Of a stretch of DNA of 64,000 nt, positions 26,401 through 38,884 are shown piece after piece. This DNA is from Mytilus edulis (taxonomy: Eukaryota). A program made the translations under genes and the position numbers. Positions within the stretch are counted from its first letter, which is position 1, and every line of letters starts with the position of its first letter. The notes below the pieces were generated by a model. The model was not told the DNA's origin. It did no database searches and worked only from the letters and a program-made list of their open reading frames with translations. The DNA is taken from positions 64,480,001 through 64,544,000 of the forward strand of contig NC_092349.1 in assembly GCF_963676685.1 (NCBI RefSeq). The letters run 5' to 3'.

Positions 26401-29400
26401 AAGTCGACCTAGTATGCAGGTGCCAAGGAAACAAAAAGACCCAGATACATATGATGGTAAACATACTGAATGGCCTGATTACATATGCCACTTTGAGCAA
26501 GTAGCTCTTTGGAATAGGTGGTCCGAGGATGAAATGGCAGCCCAGTTAACCATGTGTCTACGAGGGAATGCCCAGCGTGCCCTTAGTGAACTCTCTAGGG
26601 AGGAATTGTTTAATTTCGAGAGGTTAAAACGTTCATTGACCCAAAGGTTCTGTCCACCTGAAAGAGAAACAGCTTACCGTTGTGAATTTAGGAACAGAAG
26701 GCGGAAAGGAGAAGAGTCAGTAGCCGATTACGGTTATGCACTAAAACGATTGGCCACCCACGCATTTCCATCAATCCCTGTTGATATAAGAGAAAGTCTT
26801 ATAATAGAGCAGTACATTTCAGGCCTACCTAATCTAGAACTCAAAAGACATGTCCAGTTTTGCCACCCAACATCACTTGATAGGGCAATATCACTTGCAC
26901 TCGAATTTGAGGCATTTGAAGGTAGTCAAAATAAACCTTTTGCAAGGAAACCAAAGGACGAGGATATTTCACCCATGTGTACGTCAATTAAGGCAAACTC
27001 AGGGTCCGACAATAACAGTTCGCAAACCTCCATGTTTTCTAAACTAATTGAGGGTATGCAGGAGATCCAAAAATCAATGCAAGCAATGATGCAAAGTCAA
27101 AGAGATAAGGGAAATTTTAGGGGAGCGCAACCTTACAAGAATCACACAAACAGGAGGAAAATACAATGTTTTTATTGTAAGGAAGAAGGACATATGAAGA
27201 AGGACTGTCCTGTCCTTGAACGTGAAGGCTTGACTTCGAATCAAAATATTAATGTACAGAGGGATAATCTTGTTGAGTCTGATCCTTTAAATTAGCCCGG
27301 ACTGAGTTGGAGGCCACAAACTCAGTCCCAAATCCTATTAGTTTTGAAAATTTTGAAAGGCCGTCGTCTTTAATTAGGTTATGTAATATTTCACAGTATT
27401 GTTGGTATGCAAATGTAAGAATGCTTAACACAGACATTAGTATGTTAATTGACACAGGATCCGATGTCACTTTGTTGTCAAGTGAAGTTTTTAAGCAATT
27501 GAACATAAGCAAGTCGTTACTGAAGGGGGTGTCGAACCAGCTCACAACTGCAGATGGCGATTCACTGGAGGTCATGGGTAGGACCACAATTCCACTTTGT
27601 TTAGGTGGAAATGATTTTGAACATTCTGTAATTGTAGCCGGCCTGGGGGGACTCTCGGGTATTTTAGGTATGGACTTTCTTTGTACGAACAGAGTGTCTA
27701 TTGACACTGCAGAAGGAAGGTTAAAATCACCAAAATTTGAGGTCAAATTAAAACGTCACGCGACGTTTAATAATGTCTGTGCTAGGGTCCATCTTACAGA
27801 TACTGTGCATATTCCTGCTAAATCTGAAGTTTTTGTAGAAGGGGAAATTAGGGGGAATTTTTACGGGAAACCTGAAGGTTGCTTAGAACCATTACCTGAA
27901 TTCAAGGGCGATACTCATCTTCTAATGCCGAAGTCAGTGGTTAATTTGTCAAAATCAAAAGTAATATTTTCAATTTTGAATCCTACAGCGGATCCGAGAA
28001 TTCTTAAAAAGAATGTACAAGTAGGGTCTGTACAACCAATTGAACAAGTTTTAAACTGCAATTTGGAATCAAGAAATCAAATAAACGATAATTTTACTTT
28101 GCCCGAAATTGTAATACCAGAGCATTTGCAACCGTTGGTCGAGCGATGCTCCGAGAAATTATCAGCAGAGGAACGAAAACGCTTAGAGAGCGTAATTTAT
28201 CAATACGCGGATATTTTTGTCGGACCGGATGGGAAGTTGGGACACACCGATCTTGTTAGACATGAAATCGACACCGGAGATAGTAAACCGATAAAATTGC
28301 CTTTACGGCGATTACCGATTATGCAGCGAGACATAGCCGAAGCAGAAATTAATAAAATGCTAAATCAGGGCATTATCGAACCAAGTCACTCGCCGTGGGC
28401 CGCTAATATTGTCTTGGTGAAGAAGTCTGACGGCTCTACTCGATTCTGCGCAGACTACAGAAAAATTAACTCTATAACGAAAAAGGATGCCTACCCCTTA
28501 CCACGCATCGACGAGTCCCTTGACGCCTTGTCTGGAGCTAAGTATTTTTGTACGGCCGACATGGCAAGTAGTTTCCATCAAGTTTCTGTAAAACAAGAAG
28601 ACAGAGAGAAAACGGCATTTATCACGCATAAAGGCCTTTTTCAATTCAAACACATGCCTTTTGGCCTCGCCAATAGTCCAAAGACTTTCGAACGCCTAAT
28701 GGAATTAGTAATGTCAGGTCTGCAGTGGGAAAAATGTCTTGTCTATCTGGATGACGTTATTATTTTTGGAAAAACTTTCACACAAACATTAGAAAATTTA
28801 GTTTCGGTATTTGATCGATTTCGTAGTGCTAATCTTAAATTAAAACCTAAGAAATGTGCTTTCTTCAAGGACGAGATAAAATATCTAGGACACATCGTAT
28901 CTGAGTTTGGCGTTCAGTGCGATCCAGGAAAAATAGAGGCCATTAGAAACTGGCCTAAGCCTCATAACGTTGGTGATGTCCGTAGCTTTCTAGGTATAGC
29001 GTCGTACTATAGGAAATTTATTCCTAATTTTTCCGATGTGGCGTTCCCGTTAACCCAGCTCACTCGGAAAAATCAAAAGTTTAAGTGGACAGAGAGTTGC
29101 GTTGACGCTTTCGACCGCCTTCAAAATGCCTTAACAACAACGCCGATTCTAGCATATCCAACTCGCGAAGATTTATTCATTTTGGATACCGATGCCAGCC
29201 TTTACGGTATCGGAGCTGTCCTTTCGCAGGTACAAAACGGAGAAGAGCGCGTTATTGCTTATGGCAGTAAAACACTGTCACGGTCTCAGATAAAGTATTG
29301 CACAACTTACAGAGAACTTTTAGCGGTGGTTGTATTTGTAAAGCAGTTCAAGCATTACCTCTACGGTAGAAACTTTCTTCTGAGGACAGATCACTCCTCG

Positions 29401-32400
29401 TTAGTTTGGCTAAAAAACTTTAAGGAACCGGAAGGAATGGTAGCTAGGTGGATATCTCTGTTAGACACTTACGACATGACCATACAACATCGGAAGGGCA
29501 ACGCGCATGGGAACGCAGATGCACTTTCACGAGTGCCTAGACGACGTTGTAAACGTGATAACTGTTCAGAATGCATAAGTAATATGCCGTGCACTGTTAG
29601 CGCTATCAACTCAAATTCAGGGGATTCAGAGCAACCAACTTCAAAGACAAAAATCGTGTCCGATTCAAACTGGGTACAACAATGGGGTGCAGAGGATATA
29701 CCTAGACTGCAGCACAAAGACAGTAATATAGCTACTGTATTGCACTATCTTACACACAGTACTGAAAAACCACAGATCAGTACTCCCGATCAGGATATGT
29801 CTGCCTTACTGCGGCAGTGGGATTTGCTCTTCATCCGTGATGATTTGCTCTGTCGTAAATTCTTTGAAATCGATGGTTCGGTTACCAATCAACTCGTGGC
29901 ACCAAGAGAATTGCGTAAGGACATTATGCTCCAGTTGCACAACAATCGGACCGCTGGTCACTTAGGACGGGAAAAAACTTTAAATAAAGTTAGGTCACGG
30001 TTTTATTGGCCGTGTATGACAAGCGATATAAGTCGATGGTGTCAGACTTGTCCCTCTTGCGCGAAGCGGAAAAGGGGACCAGGAAAGGGGAAGTATCCCA
30101 TGCAACATTACACTGTTACTCGTCCGCTTGAGTGTATTGCTATAGATATTATGGGGCCGTTGCCACAAACAGACAACGACAATGAATATATTATGGTAAT
30201 TGGAGACTATTTCAGTAAATGGAAAGAGGCGTATGCTTTGAAAAATCATACAGCGCAAGCGGTAGCAGACAAATTAGTAACTGAGTTCATTTGTAGATTT
30301 GGGGCACCGACAAGAATACATACTGACCAAGGAAGAGAATTTGAGTCTAATCTATTTTCGGAAATTTGTAAACTCCTAGGAGTGGAAAAGTCGCGTACTA
30401 CTCCATACAGACCGCAATCAGACGGTATGGTGGAAAAGTATAACCATACTGCCCAAAATATGTTGGCAATGTATGTGGATGAAAATCGCACAGACTGGGA
30501 CGACCACTTGCCTTTTATAATGATGGCATATCGTGCCGCGGTACACGAAAGTACCAAGTGTACACCAAATTTGATTATGTTGGGGAGGGAAGTATGTCTG
30601 CCTATAGACATAATTGCTGGCACACCGCCTAGTGAAACAGAGTTTGAATGTCCTATTAAATATGTAGAATGGATTAAGGATGCTATGCAAGAGTCTTTTG
30701 CTTTTGCCCATGAGAAATTAGAAGCAAGTTTTCTTCGACAAAAACGTTTTTACGACGTCAAGCTTAAAATTCGTTCCTTCGAAAAGGACCAGTTAGTGTG
30801 GTATTGGTATCCCCCACATGCAAAACGGAAATTAGGCGTCGGTTGGACCGGTCCATACAAAATTATAAGAAAAATTTCGGAGGTCACTTATCAGATCGAG
30901 TCGAGTCTAACAAAGAAAATGAAAATCGTACACGTAGACCATTTAAAAAGAGTAGAAGGAAACGGCTTCAAAAATGAACTGTCAAATGTCGATTCAAGCC
31001 TCGCGACCTTAATGGATCAAGGATCTCTGGAACATGTAAACTTGAACACAGAAGAACACCATTCCGTTTCTTACACTGAAGATGAAACAGTTTTAGATAA
31101 CTGTACAGTCAAAAATAACATGAATAAAGACAATGTTGTACATAAGGCCAATTAAAATTAATTGATAGATTTTCATCCCCGCCCGCCCCTCTGAAATCAT
31201 CCCGCCCCAATTTTTTTTATTTTAAAAAAATTACGATTTCCGGATTTGTTCGTTTCCTTTTCCGGTAACCGTCAATAATTTCGTTTCATTCAAAACTTCC
31301 TGTTGCAAATTTCGGTTTTCGTATTTCTTCCAGTAATTTAAAATGATTCTGCAGCTCTATGATGACAAAATCATCTACCGAGAATAGAGATTGATTACGA
31401 GAAGGGCATGAAATAATCAAGTAATACGCTGTGTTCAAGAACACGATTCCCGGCATGACACACATTTCTGTGATAAGAAACCCGTTGATTTTTTATAGAT
31501 AAAATGACTTTGTGTCAGGAATGTTGGACTGTGAATTATATCCAAAGAGCAAGAATCGTAGAACACATTGTTACAGAAGCATGACTGGATTATACAAATT
31601 GACACAAGCACAAACTTATTAGATTTATGACAGTATATTGAGTTCAAAAAATCAGCAAACATACACTTTACCCATGGCTATTGGATATTTTTTGTTGACA
31701 AACAGCAAACACCTTCTGTCCCAATACCCTCAATAGAGTCATTAAACAACTTCTTCTTTTCCGTTAAGTTCATGTTTTACATATTAATTATATTTGCATC
31801 TATAAGAAGAATCATAAAAGCTCCAACCCTATTATTTTCAAAACTGTTTGAGTTTTCATTTTATTCTGTACTCATAATTCTTGTGTTGCATACCAATGCA
31901 TATTGGTTTCAATTTATGGAGACAAAAACATCGCTTTAATAGAAAGACAAATAATTTGGTGAAGGTAGTCCAACTGAAGAGAGCATTTCTCTACGTTTTT
32001 GCTGTTTATCAAAAATAGGTTTCTAAAGCAGCAATTGCAGAACAGTGGTTGCCAATCAAAGATTTTTATTTAAGATTTGAAAAAATATGTACGATTCCTT
32101 ATACATGCATATACATGATATAAGCTTATTATTACACATGCATATATGAAGAACAAGTCACAAGAGGGTTTCATAAGAAATAAAAAATAAAAAATAAAAT
32201 CCTCCCACCCGCCCCATTTTTTTCAAAAATTTGGATGAAAATCTACTTATTAATTTTAGTTGGCCTAACTCTCCTAAATACAGCACACGGGGTCGCTTGA
32301 TACGACCAAAACTTCAATTTTCACTATAAATTAGCTTTCTTATGAAATCTTTTGAACATAGTTTTTTTTTTGTAATATCCGAATAAACTTTAGACCTACA

Positions 32401-35400
32401 TTATGTAGATATATCATAAGGCTGTGACCGGGAATGCTAGGAATTTACATGTACGTTTGTACATTTTATTTACCATGGGCCTTTTCGTATGAGCTTTCGG
32501 TAATGTGCAGATATATATAGGAGAATTTAGCTGCCTTTTTGTAAGGGTAGGGGAATAAGGTCAGGTTAGACGTCAACCTGATTTTATTATTTTGGAAGCT
32601 GGGAACGCTTCTTATAGCATGTGAACAGTCAGCATTGATGTCTACATAATGATAGATAAAAATAAAATAAGTATAAATCGTAGGAATCTAACCAGAAAAA
32701 CTTTTACACCTATTATACTAAACATTTTTTGAAGTATCTCTCTTATTCACAGCATGGAAAATCAGGATGTATTGGAATACAACGAGGAAGAAATGGATAC
32801 AGAGATGTCGGAACTGACAAAAAGCATTGAATTTTTCTTTAAACCTGGGGGACGAATGCAATGTCCGGTGGAAGATTGTGGCGCTAAGTCCTTTGAAAAC
32901 AGAACCAAGTATCAGAGACATTGGGAGGAAAAACACACTATGAAGTGTGTGAAGTATGAATGTTCAGTAGCCGGTTGTTTAGCGTCCTGTAGAAGGAAAC
33001 ATGACATCAAAATCCATTTGGTTCGCCAACATTATATGACAGATATGAGATTGATACAGTCTGCCGTAGAGAAATGCCAAAAAACACAAAGGAACAACAA
33101 AGGGTTTATTGACCCTGGTTTTTTTATATACAAAAACAGAGTGTTGGTACCTGATTCTGCCGGATCAACAGAGAGAGAAAATTCATCTAACACAAGTTCA
33201 GCCAAGCAAGTATCACCTTCACCTTCAGACAAAGCTGCTCAGGATTCATCTTCACTTTCAGTCAGGTCTACTAAGCAGTTATCATCCGTTGTGATTTCTA
33301 ACCGGCAGTCAGCTTCTTCAGATGTGAATCCCACTAAGCACCTAGGCTCTAATTCCGTAGTTTCAGTCCGTCTGGTATCATCACCCACTCCATCTATATC
33401 ACTAATTTCATCTGTTCTAGCAGCTACAGGCAACCCTTCTAATGAGGATGATGGACCTGAGTTTACAGTGTCAGTTCCGAGGAAGTTCCCAACCACTTCA
33501 TCTAGAATTTCTTTGTCTAATTATCAGAAAAGATCTTACACTACTTCTACCGCTACTACTGCAACAGATACCACTTCTACAGATACTACGTCAACATATA
33601 CTACTTCCACGGACACTACTGCAACATATACCACTTCTACAGATACTACTGCAACAGAGACTACTTGTACAGCTACTACTTCAACAGCTATTGATAGGAC
33701 TTATAATACCTCCTTTGGGTATTCTGCCATTGCTATTACTGAAAGTTCCAGCCAGACGTCCTGCCTGGATTACCCTCCGATTCAGCTGCCTGCCATCCCA
33801 GAGAGTGAGACTGAGTTATCTTTATATCTTTTATTCCTATCAAATAGTATGGACTCTCTGGGAAGGACGAGGCAGGTTGCTAAGGAAAGGTTAGAGACTA
33901 TCAGGAAAGAGGGTTCCAAACTTGAGGTCGAAAGAAAGAAGAGGAGAGAGGTTGAGGTGGAGAATCGCCGTTTACTCACAGAACTTGCCGAATTAAAATG
34001 GAAGGACCAGCAATTCAGACATATGGAACCGTAATTCTTTTGTTTTGTGGAACAATAGTTATTATATATGACTGACTTATTGTGAAATTGTTGAGTGTTC
34101 ATTATTTATATATTTATTAAGAAAGTTGGTTGGAAAAGTTAATTGACTGTATTTTGTTGAATTTGAAATTGAAATATGTGATAAAAATTTCTAAGAATTC
34201 AAATTGATTTAAGAAATTTAAATAGAAATCAAGGTAAATAGTTTTGGAAATGAAATTTTTTATTGATTTTCTTTGATGTTAATTAAGTGCTAAAGTTAAA
34301 ACATAATTAAGGACTTGGTAAATCTACTTACATGCTTTCATATTATATGTACTTTGATCTATTCTATTGAATATTTTATCGTTGGACTAATGTCGTCCCG
34401 ACATTAGGTCTTAAGAGAGGGGGAGTGTAATGGTGGTTGGTTTTACCTTATAAATTATTCATATTAAAACCACTTTAAAAAAGGATATAGCTTCTAAACT
34501 GCCGTACTGGCCGTAGCTAGTTATGAGGTTACCGGGCCTACCGGTCTTCTTCCGGTAGGACCGGCCCGTGCCGGTCTGATGACGTCAGACTATAGTTTTG
34601 CGTTCTGCACTTACGAACTGACTGAGAAAGAAAACACTGAACATCACCTTCTTCAGGTTGATATTTTTATTAAGACTACGTTTGTAACCACCATTATGTC
34701 TCATTTCGCCATTCTAAACATTTAAAGTAGTATTATTCATTGTAAACTGTGCTTAAATTATTTGGCTGATATTAAATCTATATTATTATTAACGACGTAT
34801 TCTGTTTTCTAATATTCCGTGAACTCGGGAAAACTCATTCCCGTTACATATGCATAAAAATGAGTTTTTGCATGATCATTCTAAGCAAATTTAGAAAATT
34901 TTCAACAACTCATAGCTTGAAAAATAGCAGGGTGACCCATCCTTTTTATTATACATTAAAAAAATCTATCTAGGGGGGAAACTTTTTTAATGTGACCACA
35001 ATATTTGGGACAAAAAGGGATAATTTTTTTTTAAAGATTTGTATAGGGTTACTGTGTTATAGTAGTCTCAGACTACAGTAACGTTATTTTTTATTTTATT
35101 GAATTTAAATTTGTTTTCTTGCAAAGCAGATATATAGGTATATTCATAGGGCTTGACTCGCACAGGCACTTGTTTCTTTCCATTGGAAGACCCACTATCA
35201 ACGTATGTAAATATACGTTGATAATAGGTCTTCCAATGGATAGAAACAAGTGCCTGAGTTGACTAGTCATGCTCGTTGCAAATGTTAGCTTGTTCTAGAT
35301 TTTGACTTTAAATAGTGGATATTTTAAAAACATTTCTGCAATGACAAGTGTTTGTGATTTTAGCTGTTACATATATTTACTGTACAATACTCTCAGACAA

Positions 35401-35470
35401 TACTCACAACATGTGTGGCGCCAAGCTGGGATCTAAATTTGTCTTCAAGCTGACTACAAGTAATTGCCAT
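23497..35470 (-). CDS. BOLA2: BolA-like protein 2, 87 aa
   Basis: Exons 35408-35470 ([21 protein letters not shown]), 24346-24440 ([31 protein letters not shown]) and 23497-23602 ([35 protein letters not shown]), GT-AG with matching phases. Not present in the ORF track. Confidence 0.93.
24628..24745. mobile_element. Short MITE with 5-bp TSD (cagtggcggatccag family; hAT5-like)
   Basis: Ends cataggcggatccag ... ctggatcctccactg, TSD tgatg. Same family as 49207-49387 and 51752-51917. Confidence 0.75.
25451..25873 (+). repeat. 5' LTR
   Basis: tgtaat...gttaca. Direct repeat of 34426-34848 with one visible substitution (cactttgaaaaa vs cactttaaaaaa). Confidence 0.97.
25875..25887 (+). promoter_or_regulatory. 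Primer binding site complementary to the tRNA-Pro 3' end
   Basis: tgggggctcgtcc, 1 nt after the LTR, equals the first 13 nt of the classical tRNA-Pro PBS TGGGGGCTCGTCCGGGAT. Confidence 0.9.
25904..27295 (+). CDS. gag: Gag (capsid and CCHC zinc knuckle); one in-frame TAA at 26135-26137, uninterrupted from ATG 26351
   Basis: [31 protein letters not shown] and [14 protein letters not shown]. ORFs 25844-26137 and 26351-27295 are in the same frame and only one stop separates them. Confidence 0.9.
26003..26161 (+). repeat. 78-bp (26-codon) tandem duplication in the gag N-terminus
   Basis: [26 protein letters not shown] followed by [25 protein letters not shown]. Confidence 0.9.
27286..27328 (+). 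promoter_or_regulatory. -1 programmed ribosomal frameshift signal (gag to pol)
   Basis: Slippery heptamer T TTA AAT directly before the gag TAG, 6-nt spacer, perfect 10-bp stem ggactgagtt / aactcagtcc. The pol frame is -1 and open through the site. Confidence 0.85.
27307..31155 (+). CDS. pol: Pol polyprotein (protease, RT, RNase H, integrase); native C-terminus displaced to 32269-32329 by a MITE
   Basis: LIDTGSD (protease), YPLPRID, MPFGL and YLDD (RT), LDTDAS and TDH (RNase H), HHCC plus DIMGP, TDQGREF and SDGMVE (integrase), WTGPYKI (GPY/F). Confidence 0.97.
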   Translation: MEATNSVPNPISFENFERPSSLIRLCNISQYCWYANVRMLNTDISMLIDTGSDVTLLSSEVFKQLNISKSLLKGVSNQLTTADGDSLEVMGRTTIPLCLGGNDFEHSVIVAGLGGLSGILGMDFLCTNRVSIDTAEGRLKSPKFEVKLKRHATFNNVCARVHLTDTVHIPAKSEVFVEGEIRGNFYGKPEGCLEPLPEFKGDTHLLMPKSVVNLSKSKVIFSILNPTADPRILKKNVQVGSVQPIEQVLNCNLESRNQINDNFTLPEIVIPEHLQPLVERCSEKLSAEERKRLESVIYQYADIFVGPDGKLGHTDLVRHEIDTGDSKPIKLPLRRLPIMQRDIAEAEINKMLNQGIIEPSHSPWAANIVLVKKSDGSTRFCADYRKINSITKKDAYPLPRIDESLDALSGAKYFCTADMASSFHQVSVKQEDREKTAFITHKGLFQFKHMPFGLANSPKTFERLMELVMSGLQWEKCLVYLDDVIIFGKTFTQTLENLVSVFDRFRSANLKLKPKKCAFFKDEIKYLGHIVSEFGVQCDPGKIEAIRNWPKPHNVGDVRSFLGIASYYRKFIPNFSDVAFPLTQLTRKNQKFKWTESCVDAFDRLQNALTTTPILAYPTREDLFILDTDASLYGIGAVLSQVQNGEERVIAYGSKTLSRSQIKYCTTYRELLAVVVFVKQFKHYLYGRNFLLRTDHSSLVWLKNFKEPEGMVARWISLLDTYDMTIQHRKGNAHGNADALSRVPRRRCKRDNCSECISNMPCTVSAINSNSGDSEQPTSKTKIVSDSNWVQQWGAEDIPRLQHKDSNIATVLHYLTHSTEKPQISTPDQDMSALLRQWDLLFIRDDLLCRKFFEIDGSVTNQLVAPRELRKDIMLQLHNNRTAGHLGREKTLNKVRSRFYWPCMTSDISRWCQTCPSCAKRKRGPGKGKYPMQHYTVTRPLECIAIDIMGPLPQTDNDNEYIMVIGDYFSKWKEAYALKNHTAQAVADKLVTEFICRFGAPTRIHTDQGREFESNLFSEICKLLGVEKSRTTPYRPQSDGMVEKYNHTAQNMLAMYVDENRTDWDDHLPFIMMAYRAAVHESTKCTPNLIMLGREVCLPIDIIAGTPPSETEFECPIKYVEWIKDAMQESFAFAHEKLEASFLRQKRFYDVKLKIRSFEKDQLVWYWYPPHAKRKLGVGWTGPYKIIRKISEVTYQIESSLTKKMKIVHVDHLKRVEGNGFKNELSNVDSSLATLMDQGSLEHVNLNTEEHHSVSYTEDETVLDNCTVKNNMNKDNVVHKAN
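31146..32265. mobile_element. 1120-bp non-autonomous PIF/Harbinger-like element nested in the 3' end of pol
   Basis: TIR ggccaattaaaattaattgatagattttcatcc / ggatgaaaatctacttattaattttagttggcc, TAA TSD at 31143-31145 and 32266-32268. Removing it restores the pol frame. Confidence 0.88.
32754..34034 (+). CDS. Retrotransposon ORF3: 426-aa protein with two C2H2 zinc fingers, Ser/Thr-rich linker and C-terminal coiled coil
   Basis: CPVEDC-x13-HWEEKH and CSVAGC-x12-[16 protein letters not shown] repeats, charged tail [37 protein letters not shown]. Located between pol and the PPT, preceded by ctctcttattcacag|cATG. Confidence 0.82.
   Translation: MENQDVLEYNEEEMDTEMSELTKSIEFFFKPGGRMQCPVEDCGAKSFENRTKYQRHWEEKHTMKCVKYECSVAGCLASCRRKHDIKIHLVRQHYMTDMRLIQSAVEKCQKTQRNNKGFIDPGFFIYKNRVLVPDSAGSTERENSSNTSSAKQVSPSPSDKAAQDSSSLSVRSTKQLSSVVISNRQSASSDVNPTKHLGSNSVVSVRLVSSPTPSISLISSVLAATGNPSNEDDGPEFTVSVPRKFPTTSSRISLSNYQKRSYTTSTATTATDTTSTDTTSTYTTSTDTTATYTTSTDTTATETTCTATTSTAIDRTYNTSFGYSAIAITESSSQTSCLDYPPIQLPAIPESETELSLYLLFLSNSMDSLGRTRQVAKERLETIRKEGSKLEVERKKRREVEVENRRLLTELAELKWKDQQFRHMEP
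34413..34425 (+). promoter_or_regulatory. Polypurine tract
   Basis: aagagagggggag abutting the 3' LTR. Confidence 0.92.
34426..34848 (+). repeat. 3' LTR
   Basis: 423-bp direct repeat of 25451-25873, followed by TSD tatg. Confidence 0.97.
35163..35256. repeat. 94-bp foldback (inverted repeat)
   Basis: Arms of about 44 bp, caggcacttgtttct.tccattggaagacc...tatcaacgtat, with about 3 mismatches and a 6-nt loop. Confidence 0.85.
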
Positions 35471-35758
35471 TTTTAACCATGTTAATTTTCATGTAGAGTT
35501 ATCTCTCTTGTATTGACTGAATTATTTAAGAATACTATCTTTCGTTGTTTGGCATTTTATGTCAACAAATATTGGGATGTTTGCTAAAATATGAATTCAA
35601 TAGTCTGACACACAATCATTAATATTAAAAAACAAAAAAATCAATTCGAAAATAGCAAAGTTTCATGATCTGGCATATCTTAGAAAATCGTCTCAGGGCA
35701 TTTCCATGATGGTAGAATTTCAAGTAAAACTCAACTATAAACAAACATACATGTAGCT

Positions 35759-38884
<3,126 letters not shown>

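Larger units (their letters stand above)
25451..34848 (+). mobile_element. Full-length Ty3/gypsy LTR retrotransposon with a third ORF, in BOLA2 intron 1 (antisense to host)
   Basis: 423-bp LTRs with TG...CA ends at 25451-25873 and 34426-34848, 4-bp TSD tatg (25447-25450, 34849-34852), PBS, PPT, gag, pol in PR-RT-RH-IN order. Confidence 0.97.

Noticed and set aside
29469-30711. Antisense ORFs within pol
   Set aside because: Typical stop-poor shadows of a long coding frame, with no motifs.
31435-31780. Possible captured gene fragment inside the nested MITE
   Set aside because: Only short ORFs, with no recognisable motif in the frames I translated.
33442-33894. 150-aa Leu-rich ORF overlapping ORF3 that looks membrane- or env-like
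   Set aside because: It is the +1 shadow of the ACT/ACA Thr repeats (read as CTA/CAG). No independent evidence.
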